From positions 1 through 51,699 of the forward strand of contig PKTH01000030.1 in assembly GCA_002869265.1 (NCBI GenBank): DNA of 51,699 bases, in the 5' to 3' direction. A model generated the notes under the pieces. It was given only the letters and a program-made list of their open reading frames with translations. It searched no databases and was not told where the DNA came from. Shown here in pieces: positions 26,601-33,496 of the stretch; the first letter of the stretch is position 1, and every line of letters begins with the position of its first letter. Both the position numbers and the translations under genes were made by a program. This DNA is from Candidatus Parcubacteria bacterium. Its GTDB lineage: Bacteria > Patescibacteriota > Patescibacteriia > Patescibacteriales > BM507.

Positions 26601-29600
26601 AGCCCAGGTAAGCCTCCAAAATAATAAACAGGCGGTCTTGCCTGTGTGCCGGCATTGACATTTTCATGAACAACAGTAGCTGAGTTAACGTTAACCGTCT
26701 CAATGTTTACATCAAGGCTGACATCTTCAGTTTTATTAGAGTTATTGTGGTCATTTACATACTGTGTTTTAAACCAATTAGAAAGACTTGTGCCATATTC
26801 GGGAATATCCATTTGATAATCGAATGTTGGGCAGTCTGTATCAAGAGTACAACCATTAGCCTGCGAAGAAAGTCTGGTCCCGCTATCTCCAGCTACATCT
26901 GAGTCAAGAGGATAATAAACAGTTTTTGTAATATTCTCAGTCAAAGAGTCGTTATAGACATAAGTGATTACCAACTGCGCTGAAGCATGGGCAATTGAAT
27001 CAGTGATTGCGCCTCTTTCAATCCTATATCCTACTTGAGCTTCCATTAACGAACTATTTCCGGTGTAGGCTGCTAACTGGGTTTCATTGGTAACATCATA
27101 AAGAATTCGAATATGATTTGATTCGGTTTCATCGTATGAAAGAACTGTGTTGTCATCTTTTAAAATTCGATTGGTCCCGCTGAAAGCATCAGCCGTGCAT
27201 GGCTCTGCACAAGTGTCAAAAGCCAAATTATATCCACTGTAATTTCCGACATTATTAGCATAGGCTTCATATTGAGCTTCAAATATAATATAGGCATTTT
27301 TTATTTCCACGGAACTTTCACCCAATAGGAAATTAAATGCAGTAAAGGTTTGATCTGTGTCGGAGTTTTCTCCAGTCGTCCCATCACCATAGTTCATCCC
27401 CGCTAAAAAGGTTACAGAATTAGCTCTTCTTGGGATTGCTTCTGAGGTGGTAAAATTAACTTCACTTGAACTAGCTTTGTTACCATAATCATCATAAGCC
27501 CAAACTTTAAAATAATATGTAGTTTCCGGGTTTAGGTCAGTAACCTTTGTGCTTGATGTGTCATTGAAATCTATATATAGTAAATCATCATCCAGGTGCT
27601 CAAAATCACTCTCTGAGACCCCTCCTGATCCCTCTTTGTAAAATATCTTATATTCTGAAAAGTTGGAGTCCGTTGAGCTAGCGCCAAAATTTAAGGTTAT
27701 ACTAGTGTCGCTAGACGTGGAAAGTGATAGAGCTCCAGGAACGCTTGGGGAAACATTATCAATTAAGAGGGTCGAGGTTGCTGGAGTGGTTTGATCACCA
27801 CTACCTGAATCATTGGCAGTGAATTGAAGACAATATGTACCGTCGGCTGTTGGTATGTCTAGACTAGTGTCCCAATCAAATAACAGAGTATTTGAACCAG
27901 AGGCTGTAGAAATAAGCCCGGTACTAGTTCCTATCTGATATGTACTAGCATTGTCAATTATTAGAGTCCCAAAATCAGCACTAATATTTGCTGGTGTCTC
28001 ATCAAAACTGGGGTCAAGGGGGGTTGTAAAATCACAAGTTGAACCAGCCACATAGTCTACTCTCATTTTTACATCATCATCATTACCATCATCAACTTCA
28101 ACTGAAATATCCACCACCCCTGAGCCATCTGTCTTTTGAGCAACTGAATTAACTGAAGAAATTGGTGGAACCAATTGAGCGGTAGTTGTGGTGGAAACCT
28201 CCGTACCGGCAAGTGCCAGGTTTCCAAAGTCATCATAGGCCCAAATATTAAATACATACTGAGTGCTAGGAAACAAACTACCAATATTGACTGTGCTCGC
28301 CCCATTATAATTTGCTAAATCCATATCTGAATTAGTAAAAGAGCTGTCTGTCGTTGTTGCCCCCGAAGAGCCTGCTTTGTAATAAATAATATATTTATCA
28401 AAATTCGTATCACTAGAAGCTGATCCAAAATTTAGAGTGACTGAAGTTCCATCCACTGAGGCCACTGAAAGATTTCCCGGGGTACTTGGGTCCACATTGT
28501 CGATTGTGACTGTTTGAGTATCAGAAGTTGTCTGATCAACAGTCCCGTCATTTGCTGTTAACCGCAAACAATATGTTCCATCTCCTGTGGGGATATCTGT
28601 ATTTGAATCCCAGTCAAAAATAACTGAGTTAGAACCTGAAGCAGTTTCTATCCAGCCTGTAGCATTACCAACCTGGTAAGTATTATAATTCAGAACATTT
28701 GGATCGCCAAAGTCGGCACTGGTGTCTCCATCAACTTCGCTTAAGGTTGGATCTTGAGGAGAGGCAAAAGTACAGCCCGAACCCGACTCATATTCGATTT
28801 GAGCACTTACATCATCGTCATCAGGATCATCAATCTCTATAGAGATATCAACTACGCCTGTGCCATCTGTTTTTTGAGCGATCGAATTAAAAGAACCCGT
28901 TGGAGGATCATTTGGTATTGTATACTCAACCCTTATTCTCACTTGGTCTATATATAAAAATCTTGGTTGTCCATTATCAGAGTTGTTACCATAAATCCTA
29001 ACATCGAGATTTTGCACATCAGTCCAAGTCCAGGTTCCTGGAGCTTGTGAGTCGTTTGTTATATCAACATAAAAAGTTGCATCGGAGTCACTTGCTCCAA
29101 GAGTCGCTCCTGAAACACTCTGGGCTGTTCCATCCGTACTCCCTCCGAATCTCGGAAGAAGGTAAGCGGTCACATCTCCTGTGTCTTCGGTGTAACCCTC
29201 AAGTCCTATTTCAACTTTTGTAATTGCATATGAATATGAAGGGGCGGTATTAGAATTTACTTCTAAATAATTACTAGAGTCTGGTTCATCTCTTCTTGGG
29301 ATGTCACGTGAAGCATAATTATTATCAATTGAGTTATATGCGTTGGAAGCGTTGGTCCAATTGACGCTTGTCCCCCCATCATAGTCATAAGTTGATACTG
29401 CATCTGAAGCTATCTGCCACTTTCTTGTCTCGCTAAAGACTGTTGCCCCATTATTGTTTGCTACTTGAGCAGGGCCCAATAAGAAAAATTCAGGTGAAAC
29501 ATCCGGAGCATCAAAAACATAGCTTAAATCATAAGAACCACCTTGTTGCCAATCCACTTCCCAAATAATAACTTTTTCGTCTTCAAGCTCTATCACCTGA

Positions 29601-31648
29601 GCTCCATCATCAAGAGATTTTACCTTAAAGCTCTTTGGCACATATTCTCTCAATTGTCCTGAAAAATTATCTTCCGGACGCACTCTAATAGTCATCCCAT
29701 AATCAGCTATCGGATATATTCTGGTAGGGCCCAGTCGCTCGATACTGAAATCAAGCTTGTCTCTAACATCTATTGAGTCAGTAACCTCAAAATAACCACT
29801 ATTGGTTTTGGCGGTTAAAACCAAGTTATACTGACCCTCCTCTCCTAGACCGTAACGAGCAAAATAATCTGGCTCATCAATGACATTATCAGGACCACAT
29901 AAAGGATTTCTTTTTAAAAGACCGTTGTCTGTGCTTAAAATAATAGTATTCCCTACAGGAGTTTCAAGGGCTAAGGAGAGCTCAGCATCACAAACAGTGT
30001 GACCAACACTGTCCAAAACAGCCATTTGGAAAAAAGCAATTTCTTCTGCCTCAAAAATTGATTTATTTATGTTTAGAGCCAATACTCCCCAAGAAAAATC
30101 TTGAATATAGCTAGAGACAAAACCACCATCATTTACAAAAAGCTCAACTTTGTAGTTCCCAGGTTTAAACTGTCGAATATTTTCATCTAAAGATATTTCA
30201 AACTCTCCAGAGCCGAGATAATTAACAAAATAAGGTGCTACAATCTCTCTGCCATCCATATCTTTTACTTGAGCTTCAATTTCTATATTTTTATATTGAT
30301 CAATAAATATGTCAGCAATACTTGAGCCAATTTTTCCCAAAAGACCTCTTCTGGTTTTTTTGTATTCAAAAATAAATTCTGGTGTTTCATCATTTGTAAA
30401 ATAAACATTTTCTTCTTCAGGGATAATCTCTCGACTAGTACTCAAGTCTTGTTCGGCGGGTATTAATGTCTTGTCCTTAATAATAGAAAGCTCTTCATCT
30501 GCTTGATCGTAATTTATCTCAAGCCATAGGGCATCAATAAATATTTTTAGATCTGCTTCGGTTAATAGATCATCTTGCGGACTATCGTAAACGACTCTTA
30601 ATTTCAAATCTGAAAGCTGATCAATTTTATTATTAATCGGAAGTGAAAATGAAAAATAATCTTCATGATCAATGTTTGAAATCCCTGGATTGATTTTTAT
30701 CTCAGCAATGTCTTGCCAGTCATTACCAAAAGAATATTCAAAACGAATTTTATCATCTAAAAGATTGCTTCGCGCTGCCATGGAAACCTTCAATTTAATG
30801 TCTTTAATTTCGTTTTTTGAGTAATCAATCGGTAAACTAAATCCAGAAATAATCAAAGAGTTCGACTTTTTATTGTCTATTAGTGTTTCTTTATTCTGAG
30901 CCTTGGCAGTTTTGTATGAAAAAGGATAAAAAGTAGATTTAAGGAAATTAAAAGCAGATATCAGACCAGCAGATTCATCAACACTAGACTCTTCGCCTGT
31001 AGGAATGCTTACATCTTCCACCGACCACTCGTTTTGTTCAGAGTCATTAACTGGAAGCTGTTCCTCGGTGGCTGATTCTACGCTATCTGTGTTTTCAGGC
31101 GAAGAAATAACATCTTCAATAATTACCGACTCATCAGAAGGCAAAATCTCCTCTGCGGGCAAAGTAGTCAGCGGAGGATCTTCAGCTTGAATCTGATCAC
31201 TTTGCTCATTTAAGTCCGTAGGCTCAACGAGGTCTTCAGGATCGTCAATTACTTCTATGCTTTCATCCACTGGGTAGCTAGAATTGTTGAGTACTTCCAA
31301 ATTTTCTTCATCAATACCCAGAACCTCTCCACTAAGATCCGTTCCACTCTCCTCTTCGGGAGCTGTTTTAGGAAAAGAAATATAGGAAGAATTAGAATAA
31401 TCAAACTTGTTAAAATTATCTTCGCTAGACAAGTCTTGGAATAAAACATTACCAGGTGAACTCCAGGAAAAAAAATGATCGCTCACCTCAGTGTTGTAAG
31501 TGTCTGGATAGATATTGATATTTGCGTTTGATGCCTCAACCGAGAAAAAAATTCTAGAAAAAATATTGCTCAATAGAAACAAAAATATTACTAGAAAAAC
31601 AAGTCTAGAAAACAAGAATTTTGATTGTATTATTCTACGAATTCGCAT
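17615..31648 (-). CDS. Giant secreted modular surface protein (4677 aa), adhesin-like
   Basis: Single uninterrupted ORF with an N-terminal signal/anchor (FLFSRLVFLVIFLFLLSNIF), an acidic low-complexity region and a unique ~900-aa head. It then carries six FN3-like modules (consensus PSxPGxL...NFxEYKIFYKEG...FNIWAYDxxGN). These are interleaved with three 'AQKTDGxGVVDISxExDD' modules, three 4-Cys 'GACxWGTAY..GYKWQ..ACDD' modules, three 'WRW/WRE' beta-sandwich-like modules and a ~450-aa propeller-like insert. The C-terminal ~520 aa are shared with 11043..12809. Confidence 0.85.
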   Translation of the reverse strand: MRIRRIIQSKFLFSRLVFLVIFLFLLSNIFSRIFFSVEASNANINIYPDTYNTEVSDHFFSWSSPGNVLFQDLSSEDNFNKFDYSNSSYISFPKTAPEEESGTDLSGEVLGIDEENLEVLNNSSYPVDESIEVIDDPEDLVEPTDLNEQSDQIQAEDPPLTTLPAEEILPSDESVIIEDVISSPENTDSVESATEEQLPVNDSEQNEWSVEDVSIPTGEESSVDESAGLISAFNFLKSTFYPFSYKTAKAQNKETLIDNKKSNSLIISGFSLPIDYSKNEIKDIKLKVSMAARSNLLDDKIRFEYSFGNDWQDIAEIKINPGISNIDHEDYFSFSLPINNKIDQLSDLKLRVVYDSPQDDLLTEADLKIFIDALWLEINYDQADEELSIIKDKTLIPAEQDLSTSREIIPEEENVYFTNDETPEFIFEYKKTRRGLLGKIGSSIADIFIDQYKNIEIEAQVKDMDGREIVAPYFVNYLGSGEFEISLDENIRQFKPGNYKVELFVNDGGFVSSYIQDFSWGVLALNINKSIFEAEEIAFFQMAVLDSVGHTVCDAELSLALETPVGNTIILSTDNGLLKRNPLCGPDNVIDEPDYFARYGLGEEGQYNLVLTAKTNSGYFEVTDSIDVRDKLDFSIERLGPTRIYPIADYGMTIRVRPEDNFSGQLREYVPKSFKVKSLDDGAQVIELEDEKVIIWEVDWQQGGSYDLSYVFDAPDVSPEFFLLGPAQVANNNGATVFSETRKWQIASDAVSTYDYDGGTSVNWTNASNAYNSIDNNYASRDIPRRDEPDSSNYLEVNSNTAPSYSYAITKVEIGLEGYTEDTGDVTAYLLPRFGGSTDGTAQSVSGATLGASDSDATFYVDITNDSQAPGTWTWTDVQNLDVRIYGNNSDNGQPRFLYIDQVRIRVEYTIPNDPPTGSFNSIAQKTDGTGVVDISIEIDDPDDDDVSAQIEYESGSGCTFASPQDPTLSEVDGDTSADFGDPNVLNYNTYQVGNATGWIETASGSNSVIFDWDSNTDIPTGDGTYCLRLTANDGTVDQTTSDTQTVTIDNVDPSTPGNLSVASVDGTSVTLNFGSASSDTNFDKYIIYYKAGSSGATTTDSSFTNSDMDLANYNGASTVNIGSLFPSTQYVFNIWAYDDFGNLALAGTEVSTTTTAQLVPPISSVNSVAQKTDGSGVVDISVEVDDGNDDDVKMRVDYVAGSTCDFTTPLDPSFDETPANISADFGTLIIDNASTYQIGTSTGLISTASGSNTLLFDWDTSLDIPTADGTYCLQFTANDSGSGDQTTPATSTLLIDNVSPSVPGALSLSTSSDTSITLNFGASSTDSNFSEYKIFYKEGSGGVSESDFEHLDDDLLYIDFNDTSSTKVTDLNPETTYYFKVWAYDDYGNKASSSEVNFTTSEAIPRRANSVTFLAGMNYGDGTTGENSDTDQTFTAFNFLLGESSVEIKNAYIIFEAQYEAYANNVGNYSGYNLAFDTCAEPCTADAFSGTNRILKDDNTVLSYDETESNHIRILYDVTNETQLAAYTGNSSLMEAQVGYRIERGAITDSIAHASAQLVITYVYNDSLTENITKTVYYPLDSDVAGDSGTRLSSQANGCTLDTDCPTFDYQMDIPEYGTSLSNWFKTQYVNDHNNSNKTEDVSLDVNIETVNVNSATVVHENVNAGTQARPPVYYFGGLPGLSPNTAQKLEMHPASSLAYVYYLMGGEVAMTYVASSSAATKTRTVSYPLGVLNNGASTALSSAAVDVYFPENGAASGVVSVKDAWVRIVSSNYVSAPVSVTVSTQVGTNTQSGNYAYNYDPGAVIVNPTFDIYHIIPSSDYAELSLANGTSPKTVTVNTTNSTANQAGLSAELMITYTYTEESNGYLSNVSLYAGQSDVNGNSQLATSTTARIVAPEIVGTKTIVGAQLETSYLISDSSGTVTGGNATIDSDISTSTPSCSNTYQAAVDSTNAFSRFYNDVSSALVAVNSTQYTSCYSNNGVGSGTGGAKMNSILSYTYQYTPPPPEFTQNDWRWYDNIDSELPTSAKASENTAISQVYLADVLRLRMNVSVAKEDMATSSKSFKLQFGKGSDCSVIASWTDVGDIGSGEAWEGYNNSSVSDGISATSTLLASSTIVETYEEENPSATVINAVPKGEVAEWDWALYNNNASSSADYCFRMVESDDTEFEYYNTDGYPKLSTSPANTAPSVATNLEQFFDDEITVINNQNWISENNVRLRAQATDPDVNETITLYFEVIDNLSSFTTATSEPTGACVWGTAYGSCASNIWYVATSSPDFFRYNPYVGTTSITAIPDGSYKWHVLSCDDNAECSSWVVPGANPNFKIDTVDPSPPGALGDIAVSPTSITVSFGASTTETNFLEYKIFYKEGSSGVTESDFEYLNPSVLDYQNYNGATSTEIGSLSAGTQYVLNIWAYDKAGNKASSTIELSTTTNSSLTPPTGSMVSTVQKTDGTGAVDILLRADDPDNDNTLRAKIQYVAGIACDFSSPNVATIDERDAFTSADYGDPKVDNNQSYQVGSSTGWIWTAPGENYVAFDWLAKTDVPGVEGTYCLRSTINDGVFDQSSPGNKLVLLDTIDPTSPGALTLNQKNSESVVLNLGGATTENNFAGYKIFYATSSPVTEAGTEHTDSNLSDIDYNFAATTTVSGLTPGVTYYFNIWAYDDNGNNASSTQLSVTTNYLPSTLVIGDQYWNDGLTPISNGSWITNDDIYLSASVLDQDSSEIPTIYFELIETGDTFTSATTTPSGACAWGTAYTSCGSNIWFISTSTPGDFSVIPFYATTSITNIPDSSTGYKWQAFACDDDGGCVGDWEGFNATTPNFKVDDTAPSAPGSLVESSKNSSNITMTFGTSTDEINFSTYKIFYSTSSPVTESDIEHTDANLAYKNYNGVSITTVSDLESNTQYFFNIWAYDEAGNKTSATESSITTDPISSTPGVFFYTKNTRTLFYKYWDGAAWSSEQTGPTLGSAAGDNIRHIDSIRSDDGARILVVVKTWDGTNQEWWGTVYRYAANDFINSSQLGSALTAATDNDKISSCLASLSDGEFFVIRNNNASNGTLVYSWDSSGWTTEAVGPDPGEVVNGCRLTRRPGTDNYVLTTFDNHYHRQSGHDYYGNVGTAYYYGGSSYTNSWTSWTEHSVEEEDLANYVGEVYFNDSDNTEGAINFSSSDVNAYTQAKYFVVTNNTINYGTAANSPATWSGDFVHGEFAVNPESDGVAYYIGDDINGEVNVFKVDISTAAPVWSTPANSDNISGTNSYSYANDAQKPYDIVFYDVDLGVALWNENTSATPKYRNLDASANSLDATSTAVPGAAAGTWSRVRTDIDPNENEFIAIYQNSSSDYTAVFWDGFNARFYNSSDNPSSNQIWTTIATGITPSDYDDDATSFSYAKRNSAPNTPSLLVQYESDATTTISNQGWSKTPEVYLEATTNDPDTSEVISLYIQLIPEASSFETSTLEPSGACSWGTAYGSCGTKIWFVSTSTAGDYSVTKFSDSLSIPSVPDSSTGYKWQVIACDDQAKCSNWVKYNLTTPNFKVDTVNPSAPGALSEQSKTSSSIILDFGAETTELNFSEYKIFYSTTSPVSELDIEHVDANLSSKNYSGASDTTIYNLDANTTYYINIWAYDEAGNKASSTQTSVTTNQAPYLDQASFIIENDDGTGVNNNTSAATIDTTLSNLYVGERFNARLQLENTGGDAALNTTYKIQFENQTNDPGNWIDVGVATEISYSAGISGTDGDLITSSKAALNANTWTNGTWHEESGQTGVFSLNQNYYTEFVFALETSNALVGDTYRVRLYNLSEDKALDNYSSYLNFSTVATDTLRYSKENVSIVPSASSDLVYYLDPNGYSDVASDNGVRDTLDTSSEYPIYNFVRKHTNNTDAVDVTWNGQSGIGGADGAVYLQAYRFGSTNAWVTIASTTASIANTDFSLVGSLNSALTEYYNGSNYTSWRVYQDIASSTTFSSDYISFSFSAASPDTKQIHYRFRNDDNTETLATWREDEDDGDPLTGTALAIGSTTRLRIEVANTGGGSATDYDYQIEYAYTTSGCATDPGGWTTVPVGATTEEWEMTTSSYFTDGDSTTAQLANTETYTFVSGAMVADPSNSSGNITLIENRYTEIEYAIRATVDAVTAGTYCFRVTDSGSTLDSYDIYPELTLAGISNSAPSFTANPSDNNSATSTPTNLGQDVTFTATALDAETDDYYLAICQTDSIQPGNDGPPICQGGSWCTSELASSTAEATCNYTTVTSSESLEWYAFLCDKYAGVGNAKCSTSSQGSGTGIANDSPFVVNHPPVFTSIITSDDDNDPGSSFTITTTSNDPDSLGGDDIVSLYVCIGTSAGFAGCSGGPTDTICSYATSTDNVSCSFTDTAPTPSGDYTYNAFLFDNHSLAATDNYRTNTYTINNVAPVLGSLTLNGGSAITLNLKGAGGTPMNTVLASVSDQNGCDTGIVGASAAIYMSDATGGFNCTPNDSDCYQINPLSCTKTDCSGDTDATAAYTCSTTMEYFAVPTDDAENNPWSLFNWLSYISIFDGLSYAATSSQPVELNTTIALGVNEDTIDFGSDLFVGEDTGAENATTTIVNLGNSPIDTTLSGTDMSGSPSGTITVNNIEWDMNNFTWSGGTNLTAIGQDVNIITPNPTDASEVSDQLYWGIGIPFGADASIYNGQNDFSVKLDNDDWQLY

Positions 31649-31755
31649 GGGGACAAATATCGAGATGAAACTTTAATTTTACACTAAAATTAGCAGTTAA
31701 ATTGGACAAAAAATTTAACTGATTTTTACAGTATTTATTTCATATTTATTAAACT

Positions 31756-31785
31756 ATTATACCATATAAAGCTATGAATTTTCAA
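31756..31785 (-). promoter_or_regulatory. Promoter of the giant gene
   Basis: Minus strand: -35 TTGAAA (rc of 31780..31785), 18-nt spacer, extended -10 TGGTATAAT (rc of 31756..31764). This leaves a ~100-nt 5' UTR before the ATG at 31648. Confidence 0.5.
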
Positions 31786-31821
31786 ATAAGAAATTTCAGA
31801 ATTTTAGGAAAATTTTCCATC

Positions 31822-31846
31822 AAAAAAAGCCCACTTTCAAGCGGGC
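31822..31846 (-). terminator. Terminator of the PilM-like gene
   Basis: Minus-strand RNA reads GCCCGC-UUGAAA-GUGGGC (6 bp including one G-U) followed by U7 (rc of A-run 31822..31828). On the plus strand the same stem would contain an A-C mismatch, which favours minus-strand function. Confidence 0.7.
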
Positions 31847-31867
31847 CAAAGGAAGAAAATTTTACAA

Positions 31868-32785
31868 TTAAAGTAAATTAAAATATTTAAAAATACCCTT
31901 TAATACACTTTGCTCGTTTTTATAAACTAATTTTTCTTTAAAGGGATCACAATTCGCTGCCCCAAAAGATAAAAGAAAATTTTGTTTACTCTCCCCTGCA
32001 AGAAATTCAAGTTTATTAATTTTTTTTACTTGATTGTCTGTTTCTTTTTTAACAAAATGTTCGAAAGAATTATTTAGAAAGTCCAATCCGCAAAAAAACA
32101 ATGCATCAACATTTTTGTTTACTTCGTTGATAGAGAAATGGATAGCTTTTTCCAGCTCGAGAATAACATCTTCAAAAATTATATGGACAGTATTTGTATT
32201 TCTATTCATTTTATTTAAATCGATTTTACTTTTTGAAATACTTTCATAAATTTCCTGAAAGTTTTCTTCTATTTTTTTTACTGATCTATAATGCAATTGT
32301 CCTTCAGAAAAAAAAGATACTGAGAATAAACTTTTTGAAAAATTACAAAGAAAATAATTTTCATCTCTGCTGCGGTGGACAACTTTAGAAGCAATAAGCT
32401 CTGGAATAAATAAATTTATTTTTAAACTAAATTTTTTAAATACATTCGTCCAAGTTTCCAGATAATCCACATCAATAGCAAGTCCCAAAATTCTCTTATC
32501 TTTTTTGTTTGAATAATTAGAACCCAAAAGAATTTGATATAAATATTTATAATCGTTTATCTTACCTGGAAGACTTTCATTGAATTCTTTGTCTAGGGCT
32601 TTTTTAGACAATTTTGAATTGTTGTTTGTAAATAATTTAAAAAAACACTTTGACTCTTCTGCTACAAAGTAAATATTATCGCCTGAAAATGGGCCATTTT
32701 GACCATTACGAAGAACTTTCTCTATATGACTAAGCAAGACAGCCTGTTCTCTTGGTAATCCATTTTTTACAAGTCCATCAGGCAA
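31868..32785 (-). CDS. PilM/FtsA-like actin-fold protein (tentative); true start probably upstream
   Basis: 305 aa from a TTG start as listed. The frame stays open upstream to ~32930 and encodes SKLFNKKITGIKISGTEIEIVEQ...SLPDGLVKNGLPREQAVLLSHIEKVL. This mirrors the PilM N-terminus (LF-KKK-x-x-G-[IL]-D-I-G...E, then P-x-G-x-[IV]-x-x-G-x-[IV]...). No other pilus genes are adjacent. Confidence 0.45.
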   Translation of the reverse strand: MPDGLVKNGLPREQAVLLSHIEKVLRNGQNGPFSGDNIYFVAEESKCFFKLFTNNNSKLSKKALDKEFNESLPGKINDYKYLYQILLGSNYSNKKDKRILGLAIDVDYLETWTNVFKKFSLKINLFIPELIASKVVHRSRDENYFLCNFSKSLFSVSFFSEGQLHYRSVKKIEENFQEIYESISKSKIDLNKMNRNTNTVHIIFEDVILELEKAIHFSINEVNKNVDALFFCGLDFLNNSFEHFVKKETDNQVKKINKLEFLAGESKQNFLLSFGAANCDPFKEKLVYKNEQSVLKGIFKYFNLL

Positions 32786-32931
32786 AGAATGCTTAATTAA
32801 ATTTGTGGTATGTGAAAAATTATCACCAAAAGATTGCTCTACTATTTCTATTTCTGTACCCGATATTTTTATTCCGGTTATTTTTTTGTTAAACAGTTTT
32901 GAAATATTTTTTTTATTATTTTTATTTATAA

Positions 32932-32940
32932 ATTATAGCA
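32932..32940 (-). promoter_or_regulatory. Extended -10 promoter (TGCTATAAT) of the PilM-like gene
   Basis: The rc of 32932..32940 is TGCTATAAT. The in-frame stop that opens the PilM-like reading frame lies inside this box. Confidence 0.4.
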
Positions 32941-32997
32941 TAGAAAAATATTTTTTATAATTTAGTCTAAAAAATCATTGTATAATAAATTTTATTT

Positions 32998-33006
32998 TGA
33001 TATAAT
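32998..33006 (+). promoter_or_regulatory. Extended -10 promoter (TGATATAAT) of the H1-like gene
   Basis: TGATATAAT at 32998..33006, ~50 nt upstream of the ATG at 33056. A strong SD AGAGGAGGTG precedes the ATG. Confidence 0.45.
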
Positions 33007-33055
33007 TTAAGTATAAAAAATTTAAAATATTTTACTCAAGAGAGGAGGTGATAAT

Positions 33056-33361
33056 ATGGCAAAAAAAGTAGTCGCTAAGAAAAAAGTTGCAAAGAAACCT
33101 GCAGCTAAAAAGAAAGTTGTAAAAAAAGCAGCTCCAAAGAAAAAAGTAGTCGCTAAGAAAAAAGCAGCTCCAAAGAAAAAAGTTGCAAAGAAACCTGCAG
33201 CTAAAAAGAAAGTTGTGAAAAAAGCAGCTCCAAAGAAAAAAGTTGCAAAGAAACCTGCTAAGAAAAAGGTGGTTAAAAAGAAAGCGGTGAAAAAAGCAGC
33301 TCCAAAGAAAAAAGTTGCAAAGAAACCTGCTAAGAAAAAAGTTGCAAAAAAGAAAAAATAA
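33056..33361 (+). CDS. Histone H1-like lysine/alanine-rich repetitive protein
   Basis: 101 aa composed almost entirely of K, A, V and P in repeats (KKVAKKPAAKKKVVKKAAPKKK). Similar to bacterial H1-like nucleoid proteins such as the Hc1/AlgP-tail type. Strong SD and a terminator downstream. Confidence 0.7.
   Translation: MAKKVVAKKKVAKKPAAKKKVVKKAAPKKKVVAKKKAAPKKKVAKKPAAKKKVVKKAAPKKKVAKKPAKKKVVKKKAVKKAAPKKKVAKKPAKKKVAKKKK
33062..33358 (+). repeat. Coding tandem repeats (about 60-nt period) within the H1-like gene
   Basis: The unit GCAGCTCCAAAGAAAAAAGTTGCAAAGAAACCTGC recurs three times and longer ~60-nt units recur twice, all in frame. Confidence 0.8.
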
Positions 33362-33413
33362 AAATACTTTCTATATTGAATTTTAAAACTAGCTTAATTC
33401 AAGGAGAAAAAAA

Positions 33414-33448
33414 GAAAACGTTCTACCAAGATACGTTTTCTTTTTTTT
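33414..33448 (+). terminator. Rho-independent terminator of the H1-like gene
   Basis: Stem GAAAACGT (33414..33421) / ACGTTTTC (33433..33440), 11-nt loop, then T8 (33441..33448). Confidence 0.8.
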
Positions 33449-33496
33449 CAATAAAAAAGGACTTTTTAGAATAGCCCTTTTTTATATATTTACTTA

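Noticed and set aside
17763-31449. Numerous 60-150-aa ORFs in other frames within the giant gene (for example 21379..21819, 22108..22353, 28069..28305)
   Set aside because: All are embedded in a single 14-kb open frame with coherent repeated domain structure. They are shadow ORFs.
33062-33358. Tandem repeats that could be mistaken for a CRISPR or minisatellite array
   Set aside because: The repeats are contiguous without unique spacers, in frame, and encode the Lys/Ala-rich protein. No CRISPR-like repeat-spacer structure occurs anywhere in the window.
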